From contig NMRA01000331.1 in the NCBI GenBank assembly GCA_002633005.1, positions 62,001 to 126,000 on the forward strand: 64,000 nucleotides of DNA, read 5' to 3'. The notes under the pieces were generated by a model. It was not told the origin of the DNA, did no database searches, and worked only from the letters and a program-made list of their open reading frames with translations. A program made the position numbers and the translations under genes. This stretch comes from Phoronis australis (taxonomy: Eukaryota > Animalia > Phoronida). This document shows, one piece after another, positions 12,683 to 25,827 of this stretch. Position 1 is the first letter of the stretch. Every line of letters begins with the position of its first letter.

Positions 12683-13850
12683 AATAGGCCTTTTGCGAGT
12701 TTATAACAATAACGCGAGATTATGTGAGACTTCACGGGAAGTGGGGCAAAAGCTTGTCGTTTGGTCATTTGCCCAATACGGTAGCAGAGTGTATTCTGTT
12801 ATTGTCTTCGAGTTTTTAGCCGTTTAGTTCGAAAAATGCCCAAAAGCATTGCTGTTATGGCAAATGAACTTCAGATTCGCATTACAATACGTTCTATCGC
12901 GTGCTGTACTAATTTCGTCCCGTGTATTTTAAACGGGCGGTAGGCGAAATCCGCTCACTGGTAAAGTTTTCACCTCGTCGAAAATACATTCTACACCTAA
13001 AATTAGCACCTAAAAGGCTCTTACTTTATTCACTGACTCTTTCTGCTTCTAAACATATCTTCGATGAAGCATATATACGGGAATTCAGGTGACTTAGGCG
13101 AAGAATTCCAACTCCACTTTGTGGTTACTGTTAACTTTGTCCGCGCGCGCGATTACCACAATCAAGTATTTCAACTGAGTCAGGTGAGTATGAGGCAAAG
13201 GCTAGCGCGAGACTGAGCGAAGCGCGAGATCTGGCGCGTGACCTGGCGCGTGACAATTGCAAAATAGCATGAGAAAATATCAAGTGAAATTTGTAAGATT
13301 TGTATCCCTTGGACTTTTTGTTCGTCAACAGGCGTGATTTCACGTAACTTCCTCAAAATGGCGGCTCTTTAGTGAGAGAAACTCGAGAGAACCGCGAGGT
13401 TTTCATGAATATGCTCAAGTTATTTGTAGACTAAATCGTATCCAGAGTCAGGGTATGTGTTAATTATAACTTCATGTGCACATATGCATGTTTCATTTGA
13501 TTTTATTTGCTGTATTTTGAAGTGAATATCTTTTCATGGGGATACACTATCGCCCCTGTATGCCTGCGCCATTCAGGCCTAGAGCGAGTTAAGTTCCAAT
13601 TTCAGTCCGGTCACAGCTTCGCACAACATAACAAGGTCACATTTTCTTCGTGTATTCACAGTTATTCCACGACCCATCTACCATATCTTAAGTTGTTTTA
13701 ATGTTTTAAGCGTAAAATTCACCATAAGAACTCCAGTAAGTTTTAGCGTGTGTAGCAAAGACTCGGGGCAAAACAAGAGCAATATGGCGGGTTTTGCCCC
13801 CTTTCCGGTGACGTCACAGTGACTAGCGAGAAACTCGCAAGTGAGCTATT
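12683..13850. mobile_element. MITE with imperfect TIRs containing a ~700-bp segment shared with 36525-37195
   Basis: AATAGGCCTTTTGCGAGTTT / AAACTCGCAAGTGAGCTATT, plus inner inverted pair GACTTCACGGGAAGTGGGGCAAAA / TTTTGCCCCCTTTCCGGTGACGTC. Confidence 0.6.
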
Positions 13851-14645
13851 GCAAGAACCTTTCTGCGTAAGTGATGTGCATCTCGAACTGCTTTCCTACT
13901 CCACAATATAGAAGTGTCGACCAAAGACTAAGATTGTGGTGTCGAGGATAAAGGACTCTCATGCTTGCCGTTCCGCAATTTGAGTATGTGAAAGATGACA
14001 CCCAAACTTAGGTAATGTCAAGGCTTCATACGCCAGAACTCAATGCACGATAATAGCAAACCGTTGTCTAGACACTAATAGACATCTGTGATACCTCATT
14101 TTTCATCAGAATTGTACTTTACTGGAACCACGTAGAAAACATTGATATCTGAAACAACCAACCAGTTTAAAACAAAAAGAGCTCGCCACGAGCCTTGACC
14201 ACCAGTCGCATTGTTCCTCCTTAGTACATGTACGTTGACGATTTAGAAAACTCGGCACGTTTGTAGCTCAAAACCATAGCCCAGCAGTGACGCTTTCAAG
14301 TTTTGATATGGGATTTCGTACTGCGTGGACATTATATTTCGTTTTTGACCACAACTGAACAAAAGCTATTTTAACTAATTAGTCGACATCTAATTTTTCA
14401 CTCTAACAGCAGTCACTTATCAGTCTACATTGATAGTGTATAGCCTCTTCCTGGTCTCCAGCGTGCAGCCGGCTTCGTAAACTAACCACCTTGATACAAC
14501 TGTAGGTGTAGTTATTTTTGTATTGATACAAGTTGTAGAGAATTCATAACATTGGTCATTTATCTTGTTATTATTCTGTAGATAATGAGGCATTTCGGCT
14601 CAGGAAAGACTGTGGAGGAGTAATCTGTTCTCGGGGGTACTTGAC

Positions 14646-15242
14646 TATCTCGCTGGTTCCCTGCGTGCCGCTTGGTAGCCAGCACGCATGTAGCAGGCAG
14701 TAGCACGCGCTTTATCATTGGTTGATGTAACCTCAGCAGTCATTGGTTAGCCTTACAACAAAGTAAGAAAACGTCGGTCTATGAACGATTTAGCCTTGAC
14801 ATGCAAGTGGCGTTGCAGCAACTATTTCGTTTCTGCAGTATGCCTAATGTTAAATAGCCGCGTGCTTGAAGCACACACATGTACAATGAACACGCCGTCA
14901 TGTGGCCGATATAATTAGTGTGTTATTCACACTGTATGAATACAGGACAGCAACGTAAACAAAAATCAGTGTCTATATAGAAAGACGCACTCCGAAAAGG
15001 AGCAACCGCAATTTTCTGGGATTTATTTCTTGAACATGAATTTTAAGCACCGATTTGTCTGTACATCGGACCACATTTACACTTCCTCCATCAGTCATGC
15101 CAGTTTGTTTGCGTGAAGCGCTGCCTGTTGAGAATTCGGCCAGCCAATCAGAAACGCCGGTGTAAAAAACTTCCCGGGGAAAATTAAGTGATACCTGCGT
15201 GCTGGCTACCACCTAGCGACACGCAGGGAACCAGCGAGACTA
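14646..15242. mobile_element. MITE with ~45-bp TIRs, probable TA TSD
   Basis: TCTCGCTGGTTCCCTGCGTG...GGTAGCCAGCACGCA / TGCGTGCTGGCTACC...CACGCAGGGAACCAGCGAGACTA. Confidence 0.8.
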
Positions 15243-16149
15243 GGTGTGCTGCTGGGAAATCAGGCCAACCACCCTTTTAAAAAGCTGATAAGAAGAAACC
15301 TTACCCTTCTGGAGGGTAAGCAGGATTAAAAGGGACCAGTGTTGGGAGTTCCTTCGAAAGACGCCCTTCGGCAGAGAATTTTTGCCCATTTCTTTTTGTA
15401 GTGGTTTTAAACCACACACAACAGCAACGCGAAACAAAGATATGACCACACTCTGCACAGAATATGCAATTGGTTTGTAGTTTCATGTAGGGTGTCATTT
15501 CCAAAATGGAACAGTGACTAGGGTACGTTGCTGCAGTCAAACACAAACGAAAATCGACATCGACGGGCACGATGCCGTAACATATCTTTGTGGAAACGTT
15601 TCACTGAAATCCTTCAATCGATTTTCAAGATGTCATCAGGAAACGCTCTTTTTCCCAAAAATACTACAAAGTCCCTTGTCAATGTCAAAATGGCCACTAA
15701 GGGGTGCTGGAAAAGTCAAATTCGCCTCCAAATCGTCTCGTTTCAAAGCATTGCCATCGCATATCCCTGGCCAAACAATCATTGAAATCAGAAACTTTCT
15801 TCCCAAAAATACTGAAAAGCCTCAACCCCGGTCCTGAGGGAGGGAGAGGTTGAAAAGATGCGAGTAACGCCTTGGTGATGCCCTACGCACTTTCGCCAAA
15901 TTACATCAAAATACGTTCAAGCGATTTTAAGATATCGACAGGCAAATGGACGACATAACAAAATGGCGAATAGGGTATGCTGCAGTGGTCAAATCCGCAC
16001 GAAAATCAACTGGTGCCGACGCATTGTAAATTTTTAAGTCTGACAGTGTCGAAATTCCCCAAATATCGACTGGTGCCCGCGCAATGCCGGCACACACCAC
16101 TGTCTTAAGTTTTAAGGTTGTCAGAATGATTTGGAAACGCTCTTCCCCC

Positions 16150-16700
16150 AAAAACGAACGACTGAAAAAGCTCATTGTAGAGAGCAAAACAGCCACTACG
16201 GGATACTGCTGTGGTCGAATGGGCCCGAAAATTGACAGGTACCGGTACATTAGCGTCAAATACCTCGGTGTCAAGTTTCATCGAAATTTGCCAATCGGTT
16301 CACTAGATAACACCCTGGTTACCCAAAACACACTGGGAAGTCATTCTGCCCCAGGGGCACGGGAGAAGCAGATTGAAAAGAGGCATGCACACTGGTGCCA
16401 AAGCCATCAAAGTACAATCGATTGGGGTCTTCGAGATATCAAGCGGACTCCTGGACACGAGGACAAGATGACGACAACAATCAGCAATAAAATGTAGAAT
16501 CTTCTTTAGCATACGGATACAAAATGCACCCGTCTGTAAGTCATTCAACCCGAATACGAACACCTTTGCGGGAAGTTGATTGAAAAAGGTGCTCTTTCGT
16601 CGCAGGAAAAGCGGTTGCAAACAGATACGATCATGACGGCACATACCGCAGAAATTTTTGTGGGAGTGCACTCCTACAGGCCAAGAATCTGTTGTATGCA
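16150..16700 (+). mobile_element. Degenerate LINE RT C-terminal fragment
   Basis: VKYLGVKFHRNL (KYLG thumb motif) and STIDWG (compare IRSxIDYG); heavily frameshifted. Confidence 0.5.
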
Positions 16701-17229
16701 ATTTGAGAATTTTAACCTCTTGGATGGGACGCCAGTCCAGTGAGTCCACTTGCGTGGCATCGACTGGCTTAGTTATACATGTACATACGACATGAAAAAC
16801 TGTGAACACAGAAATTAAGTATTTTTAATCAACATTTTAGGCTTTGCCGTTGGATCATGAAACTTACAAGAAATAAGAAATAAATGATACCTTAAACATA
16901 TATACACATACATGTACATGTATTGCCTTGTTGATTTTTTCTCGTAAACTATAACTTTTCAAGTCGTTATGGTTACGTGGAACCCCAGAAAAAGTCCTAA
17001 TTTTGATAATAGAGGAACTACATATCTCAGAAACTGCAAATCTGATTCATATGGAACTTTCAGACATTGCACTGTTCTTCATTTCAAATGCTATTAAGAA
17101 TACACATATTTAATAACAGATATATCTGGATTAGTTAGCAGGCGTATACAGGATTCTTGAGTTGGGTGCTTCCATTCAACTTCTTTCATAAAACGGCCTA
17201 AGTTCATAATATCCCTTACAAATCAACAG

Positions 17230-18450
17230 GAAGTGGCATTCATCCTCTACAAGACCATCATTGCAAATCAAACATAATCTATTATAATATTCCACTCTCT
17301 CGTGTCTTTTATCCACTTCCACTTATAGTCTGTGGTTGGAGCAACGTAACCGAGTAAACGCTTGAAGAAGACTAAGTAGCGGTAAATTAAGATATGGTGC
17401 AAAACAGTACAGAGTATTAAAGTTACAGTACTATTTAAGTTTTGCATTATGCTCAATTTCTGATCGCCAACCTTGCTCATAGCAGACATTAACTCTTTGC
17501 GCGAAGATACTTAAAAACGAGACTTCGCACGAGACACCTTGATTCAACCTAATTTCATAAAAACCGTATTTTGATAGCAATTGTCCAAGAGAAGATACCC
17601 AGGTATTTCTCCCATTCCGAACTAAATCAGCTAACATGTAATAAGCCACTTTAGCGTATAAGGTGGCATTTTCAACAACTTTAGCCAATATTTTACACAT
17701 GTGACATAATACTTTGCATAGAACGGATTAATTCCACATTCGTCCAATGCAACTGCGTTTGAGCAAGAGTTTCCAACTCAAAGAGTAATTTTACAGAATT
17801 TAATATACCGGTATACATTTTCAAGCCATTCTTTTTCTTTGAATCCCAGATTTCCGCACCGTAGCACATAGTTGACACAGCAATTTTATCAAACAGTTCA
17901 AGTGGTAGTAGACCCAATAGTTATTCCTTGCACGGGTTTCTAATTTTTCAGGTAGACATAACAGCTTCACTACCTTGACGTGCCAGAGTTTTAGTCGCTT
18001 TGGACCAAACTAATCTCGGTGTAAAAATATTCCAAGATGTTTATATTGGGAGATAACTTCCACTAATGGATTTCCATAATACCACTTACACATGTGCTCT
18101 GAGTGGCCCGTCATTTCTAAAGACAATGATCTTAGTTTTTTTTCAGATTTACACTCATGCCCCAAGAAGAGCAAAAATCATGAAGGCAGTTTAACATTCT
18201 TTCCAAATTAATTTGAGTGCTCGAACACAGAACCATGTCATCAGCATACAACAGCGATTTGACATCCGGCGCATCTCCATTGATACAAATAATCCTTCTA
18301 ATGTTATGGGCATTATCTGGGACTTCGATAAATTCGTTCAGATACATGATAAACAATAGTGGGCTGATCATACACCCTTGTCTGGTGCCGACAGAACAGT
18401 CAAAAAGTCGGTTAACCGTCCTCGAGTCCTTACAAATTAAGTCCATAGGT
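17230..18450 (-). mobile_element. Degenerate 5'-truncated non-LTR retrotransposon (RT + C-terminal region, RTE-X-like)
   Basis: GTRQGCMISPLLF, LLYADDMVL, WGMSVNLKK, LFDKI...CYGAEIW and WVSS...LSKYGF...NQGV, spread over frameshifted ORFs. Confidence 0.85.
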
Positions 18451-21400
18451 ATAGTTTACGATGAAGGTACGCTCGTTTGCGCCATGCCTTGAAAGTTAGC
18501 AATTCCAAGTAATCTCAAAAGCCGCCTTGTTATAAGAAAACAGCTATCTGTCTTCGGGCTTTTCAAGCGATGTACCCCACTAGTATAGTGAACCTTTACA
18601 CGGTGTGGGTACCTGTACTACGTGTTTGGACTGGTCATGAGGAGTACGGCGTCGTCATAAGCAATTTGACGTAGGAATACAACACCAGTCGAAAAAAATT
18701 GTCATGGAAACCACTTGGTCAACAGCCTGCACGAGTCTCGCATTTTAGAGATTCTGAGCAGTTTCGTATGCTTCCTTAGCAGTAAGCAAAGTCAAAGCTA
18801 TCCTCTGACACAGTGCTACCTATACAGAAAAGTGGCCCTGTAGAAACATGATGAACGACGCACGGAATTCCGTGTGTGGTAATCGATGGACATTCGTAAT
18901 TGCCATCTTCAATTCAGGCAAATTTGACAATAAAAATATAACAAATCTAATTGTACGTATACGAAAGTTCATATCTATCGTTAGCGACTTAAAAATACGA
19001 TTTCCAATTTGTAATATTTTATTCGAAATGGGTTTTCCAGCTTTCAACCAATGGGAATGACTGAATGTTATGACGTCGATTACATTACTTTAGCCAGTGG
19101 AAAGCCATTTTAAGCAACCTTCGACAGAACTTGCTTTCGTAACATTGTGAAAGAGTGTAAATCAAAGCAAGTTTGAGACGAGTTCAGTATGTACTGAAAC
19201 GTAGTATCCGTGCACTCCTTCGAGTATGAAGCGCCAAATGGTTCGTAAATTACTGCCTTTCTGGGCGTAAGATGTGGTAATTTTGCGAGCAGAATAGGTT
19301 GTTCAAAGAGAAGAAATTGTCATTTCCCTTTTTGTTTTTTACGTTAAATACGAAAATACAGGAGTTGAGCCTACAAAGCGCTAGAAAGCATTATATCGGA
19401 GCGCAAGGGATTTACACATCCGTATCTGTATTGGTGCGCGAACTTTAATTTAACTATCCAAACCAGACAAGTGGGGTAAGGTTTTAACACAAAACTAGTG
19501 AATTAAATTGTGTCAACGGTTCACCGGGGTAACCTGGCTTTGCGTACGTCAACAACATACAGGGGACGAGCGTTATTGCTGAGGAACAGTAATTATAAAC
19601 TTGCAAAAATTGTGGAGCTCCAACTCAACGGAATCAGCCTAGTATTTCAATCACCGAAATTACTAGATAATTACAGTTGTACAAAGTCACCAGAATCATC
19701 ACGCTGAGCAGGGCTTGAGAAACATTACCTCAAACCACCGATGCACGCCAGAATATAAGCTTGTGTTAGGCATCATTACTATCTCAAAAGAAATGAAATA
19801 CGCGCACTCCATAGCTACATGCGTGCATCACAGTATCACCCTGGTACTACGTCGAACGACTATTTCTACATGTAGAACAATCCGTTCTGTGCGGTTAATA
19901 AGCACATTTTACGCGCTAACAGCCACTTGGCGCTCCACATTCGGGATACCCATGAATCCAGGAAGTACTCAATGTATACGCAGGTGTCGTGACTTAAAAA
20001 ATTTCCAGCGAATAGGTTTTCGATTAAAATTTTATATATTTTTTAGTTCGAAATATCATAGAGAAGGATTTCGGGGGTTGGGTAAATTTCACCTCAGAAT
20101 CTCCCACCCCCCGGGCTTATTGATATTCATCAAAATACCAAATCCGCGCACCATAGTCCAATAGCACCCTCCACTTATTTCAGTGCTTTAAGAGCAGCGT
20201 CGCTCATGAAACAAGCAAATACGTTATTCTAAACGGAAAGGTAATTTTTGCGTGTTAAGAATGTGAGGAAGTGGATTGTAGGGAGCACACTACACTATTA
20301 ATTATATGTGCAGTATGGCTTCTCTACAATTCGAGAGACTATCGTGACTGAGCAGCACAAACAGTTTTCAAAACTGCGTACCATTTACAATTGTGGTGTG
20401 TATAGCGAACTTAAGGAACGATCAGACCGTTTTCAAACGTGATATGAGTGAATTTTCACTTGGACGCTACGTTGTGACAGCTGGTATGCATGTCACATGA
20501 CTGACGTACTTGCCAAGATATCATAAATTCAATTAAAATGCGATCATGCTTCATGCCGTCAGTGAAAATAAACATGACGCTAATGTGATCAGTGTAATAA
20601 GATTTTCTTTTTAGCGACGATATGGACAAAAATAAATATGAAAACATTCCCGGCAATATCTGTCAAAATTGTTTGCTCCATATGTCGATTAAAAGAGCGA
20701 CGGGAACCTGGAAGATAATGTTGCCAACGTTTATACTATACGAAAATATGTAACGAACATAAACCGACTTAAGCGACTACCACGTTGACATTTCGACCCA
20801 GCTTTATCAAGAAGCGCAGTAATTCTATGCTTTGCATTTGACATTTCATGCTTTGTTAAAATGCAACAATTCCCGTGAGTTGGATGAACAGACGTACAGT
20901 ACAGTGCTACTTTTCAATTTACAACCAACAAAAATGATAACAGAAAATGAAGGCTTGAATTAGAATGTTGTACTTGTTTCTTGCTGAAGATTATTCCTCA
21001 AAAGAATCAACCAGTTGTTATTCAGCATGGCTTGTTACAAGGAAAGTAAAATGATCCACTAAAGCACAGATTTAACCAGGAATTTCAGGCTTGCATGTTT
21101 GGAAAATAACTCAACCCAGTACAAGGTTGAAGTATTCTTTCACGAAGCTTTGACATTCCGTTTATGCACGAGCCGCGCACGGGTGGCCCTGAATCACACA
21201 AGCACAACCCGTTATGAATGGATGGCGCACACCTGTGTGCTTTTTTAACATTTGTCGTCTTTCTTCTGGCAATCTCAAAAATAGACATTTTTTCACTTTA
21301 TCATATTCAATCTCGCCACACTGGGTTGCGGCTATTGGTGGCAAATTGTTAACAGTATTCGCGAAGAAGTTTCAGACATGTCTCCAAGCGTTCGCAAACT

Positions 21401-22861
21401 TTCCCGTTAGTTGTACAGCCTCCTGTTCCCATTGCAACGATTTCGAACCTTCGGGACAATGTTCATAAAATTCGAGCAATTATTTTTCCTTTTAAAACAC
21501 TCGCATGGGCATGCCAACGAAATAATACTGATCTCATTCAGATCCAAACTCGGAGTAAGAAGAGGTTTCGTGACTTAGAACAACCTAACAGTTCCGTTAT
21601 GATTAAACTTGTTGGTACTTTATTATTAGATAAAGCCCGTTATTGTTTTAGACCAAGCTATGCGCATAAAACAAAAACCCGAGACTAACCAACTTGTAGA
21701 GCCTGATGCAATGGTGAACATTCAGTACTCTCCAAGCTTAGGAATCACATCCAATTTAACAAAGCAAGGCATCTAACACCTTCCCCCGCCAGTGGATGAT
21801 TGATAAATGAATTCCGGCTGTGATTAAAACGTGACGATTAATCAGTGACAAGTAATATCAGTGAAATTTTGCGATTCGAAGTGATAAAAAACAAAACCCA
21901 AGCTACTTGGTAGTGAACGAGACTTGGAAACTTAATTCGTTATCTGCATCCTGCATACATGTATATGCCAAACTTGAGGACAATTGCACAATAGATTACA
22001 GAAAACGAAATAACGCAAGCCAGACGCGAAACAAAAGCAATCACCTATACCAAGATTCAACACATGTGTCTCTCTTCAACTGAAACCACAACAGCATCTC
22101 GACACACGGTCTTAATTCGATGTCCCGCCGTGACCCCCCCCCNCCCCCCCCCTTCGTCAATTTAAGCAAAGGTCACGACTTACAACGTCAGAAAAACATA
22201 AGCAACACAAAAATGCGTGAAAAAGTTTATCGATTTTACCCTATCAATATCAGAAAGACAATTCATCTGATTAGTTATAAGTCTATGTGCTTTAAGTGAT
22301 TATTTTCAGTTGTGCCACACCTGTGTCTCTTTCGCTTATGCAATAAGTGTGGCAAATTGTATTACCCTTAACACTGAAATGTCATAAATCACAAACTAAA
22401 TGTCAGTGCTGTGATACCTAGCGGATTTAAGTGTAGCATGCAATTCAGTTCACCCCATTCTATGTCTGCGCACGAAAGCTCATCTATACCACGTGTTAGG
22501 CAGCCATTCGATAGGCGTTAAATATTCGTAAAAAGATATAGGCTTTCAAAAGGCATATCGGCGTTATATATACAAGTATTAGGTGCTTACTCACAGGCGT
22601 TATATATACAAGAATTGGGTGCTTACACACGAATATCGGGTTCTATGTTAAGACATTCGCAAACTTTCATACGAATAGGGTGACCCCGTAAATTAATAAC
22701 AAGTGGAATGGAGAAAAAATCAACAGCAAATGAAGTACAAACTCGAAGTAAAGCGGAATGGGTGCCATATTAACTTCATTTGCCAAAATGTGTTTGTTAC
22801 TCTTCCGAATCTTGGAATGAAAACACACATAACTTAATGCGAAATAAAAGCATATACATAC

Positions 22862-23645
22862 TTCTGGATTGCTTGCTAATATCCAATAAATTCTCCGTGT
22901 GATTAAATTGACCCGCTTCGTCAATGTTAAATTTCTTGTACTTAGGTTTGTCTTTAATTGCCTTTTCTTCATACTCTTTTGTAAGCATGTCGAACAAGGA
23001 CTGTGCGAGGAAGAACCAGTTTGTTTTAGCGCGTTTCAAGTCTTCGAAGTATGTCATGACTTTAATCCAATCGAACTGCATGAAAATAACTTTAAAAAAG
23101 TTCGCAGCCTTGTTCGACGGGGGAGTCAAGCGGGTCAGGTACTTGTAATTGATCTTTTTATTTTCACCAAATTCAGGTGCCCCTGCCTCTGGGGTAATCA
23201 CTGGAGTTTGCCACGAACGGGATGAATACCGTGCAACGGGGGCCGTGCCGTAGGGTCCAGGCGGCCCAAAGAAGACATTCACATTATGAAAGTAGTAGAG
23301 GTCTATGGCTTGCAGGGGAGCAATGGCGTCCGTATTCTGTTGAGGTCCTGACCCTACTCCCGCATCGCGCTCGATGACTGTAAAGTTGCAGCCGGGTAAG
23401 TAACCGTGATGTTGTATTAGCTCAAGCGCTGTTCTCATCGCTGGACTGCCCAACTGAAGAGGCAAGCCTACTGGATGGCCATCTATGGTGGTGTGATTGG
23501 GTAGAATGACCCCCAAGGTCACTTCAACATCCTTTCTTGTGCTGTTTGTTCTACGACCACTGAACTGCTTATCCAGCTCATGACTAGACGCCCCGCAGAC
23601 CACGAAAATCAAAGTCGTTATAACTACATGCACGAGGGTACGCAT
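22862..23645 (-). CDS. Second, divergent first coding exon of an NPR / receptor guanylyl cyclase-like extracellular domain
   Basis: ATG at 23645 (MRTLVHVVITTLIFVVCGA signal peptide). Motifs: VTLGVILP, NVFFGPPGPYGTAPVARYS, WQTPVIT, YKYLTRL, FDWIKV. Donor AGAA|GTATGT starts at 22861; exon is 784 nt (phase 1), ending at the same protein position as the 63-kb exon. Confidence 0.88.
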
Positions 23646-25827
23646 GACTGAACTTGTTTTAACAAGTACCTGGCACGAGTACACGGTGAGCTTATTTGCT
23701 CAACAACAAGTACCCTAGCTTCTTATGCCTCACTATTCGGTTTGAGCTCCAGAAACTTCATCAGCATCACCACACATGCGCAAGGAAAGCGACTACACCC
23801 TCCACACTAAACCATCTGCGTATGACAGAGCGCTAACAAGGACGCACCTCTCTTATATTATAATAGTATTGGAAATTACATCCATTTAACAAAGGTGTTT
23901 ATGTTGTCCGCTAGGCGGCGAAACTCTCTGAATATCCTTTGCTGCATTCCTGGCTCCGAGATACATCAGCGGCGTGTTAAAGTGTGACCGTTAAAAGCCT
24001 TGCCAACTTCAAGTACAGGCGTTACGTTATTAGCGAATTTGATTACACGGTCACAACACGCCGGATATAATGGAATTCATATCCAAATTAGCATTCAATA
24101 AAATGAAAAGTTCAAACGATCGAGGAGCGACAGTTGGCGAAATCGAATGAAAAATTTAGAAATGAGGTCGACGACAAAAGGAAAAATAGCAATGACCACA
24201 GCCCTGATACCCACGGCAACAACGTCAAACCAACGAAAGTTCATTGAGGAGCCAGTCAATGAAACAGCAATCATTAAATCAGAAAATCTCGAATAACATA
24301 TTAAGAACGGTAAGCCGTACACTAAGGAGAAAACGATGACGAGGCAGTCTCGCCACCTGGTGAATGGATTGCCTGAGACTCTACAGAACATGGCCCTACA
24401 CAAGGGGGTTGCGACGGGTGCGAACACCCCCCACCGGGATTTGAGGTCCCCCTTGGCAAGCCTAATTTAATTCATATTACCTGTAGCTATACGTAAATTA
24501 CTTTCGTAATGCTACTTTATTGAAGTAATTTTCTTCGTAAATGAATGTTTGTTCTCAGCTAATAGCAAACGGGCAAACCTACGATTTTAGTATTGTTGGC
24601 CGCTCCAATTACAAAGAGTGCGCGTGCAGTGGAAGGGATTCATTTCTGTGGGCACGCGTGTTGTATGAATCCTTGGCACGCGCATTATATGAACCCAGTA
24701 GGTACGTAGTAGTTCCATACACAGCAATTAGTCTTTCGACTTTTGTAAAAGAAGATGGGCAGCACAGTGCCTTTCGACCTTTCCAGTTTTCCACCAGGTG
24801 TGTGTTTACATTGTGAAAGCCTTTGAACTCAATGCCCACAGACAGCACTATATTTAAGGAGTAAGCATATTTTGCGGACAGATGGGGTACTAATTGCAAA
24901 CGGTAAACCGTATTTTTATCGACAATCACCACATACGATTTTATTGTCTTATTTCTGACAGTCTATCGGTATCTATCATAAAGCTAAACAACGGTATCAA
25001 TACAGTGACTATTTTTTATTTAAAATAAATGTATATGACAAAATGTAAAAAAAAAACTTGTTACATTTTTTTCAACTATCGCTTCGTTTTTGTTTCATCC
25101 CCATTTTAAATTTTCATAGCAACATAAAAGTAATACTTTTTGGTAGTTTATCTTACAAAAGTGTAACATTTCAAAATGTTTTGGAAAACAATGCACAAAT
25201 CATGATATCTGAAAGTTTCAAATAAATCTGTTCAGCTATTTCCGAGATATGATGTGCCGAATTTAGCCAAATTTGGCCATTTTTATAGAGTTCGACATAA
25301 TCTTAAACGACTTTGGGTGCCTGATATTTTAAATAAAGTTGTGGGGTTTTCAGTTAAAGTGTTCATCGTGGTATTTTGTAGCCAGTAAGCCATTCAGTTG
25401 CTGTGTAACAATGCATAAACATTTGTTTAACTGAACTCGCTATGCATCTCTGCTAGCTGCTACGTCATAGACACTTAGTTTGACGTCATTTCCTTAGCTT
25501 GTGTCACTGTACCCTGCATTGTCAGAAACATGCTCATTCGATACGAACTTCGTCTATTTCCGTGTGACGTGATCTTTTAGCATATTTTAAACTTTTGCAA
25601 TGTATTTGGTGAGTTTTAATATTTTTGAAAGAAGAGGCCATCCCGTCAAACTCTGAGGTCATGTGAATCAGTACCGACATCTTGACCATCGTCTCCATCG
25701 CATTTCCCGTTCAATGTATTCACAATACTTCATAAATGGTTGAGATTGAACATTTCAAAGTAAGAATCAATTCTCTATGCCAATAGTACTACGCTGACAG
25801 TCTCGCGGTACAGTAAACATAGCTTAA

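Noticed and set aside
19715-20164. 149-aa ORF
   Set aside because: Non-ATG start, no recognisable motif, composition like non-coding DNA.
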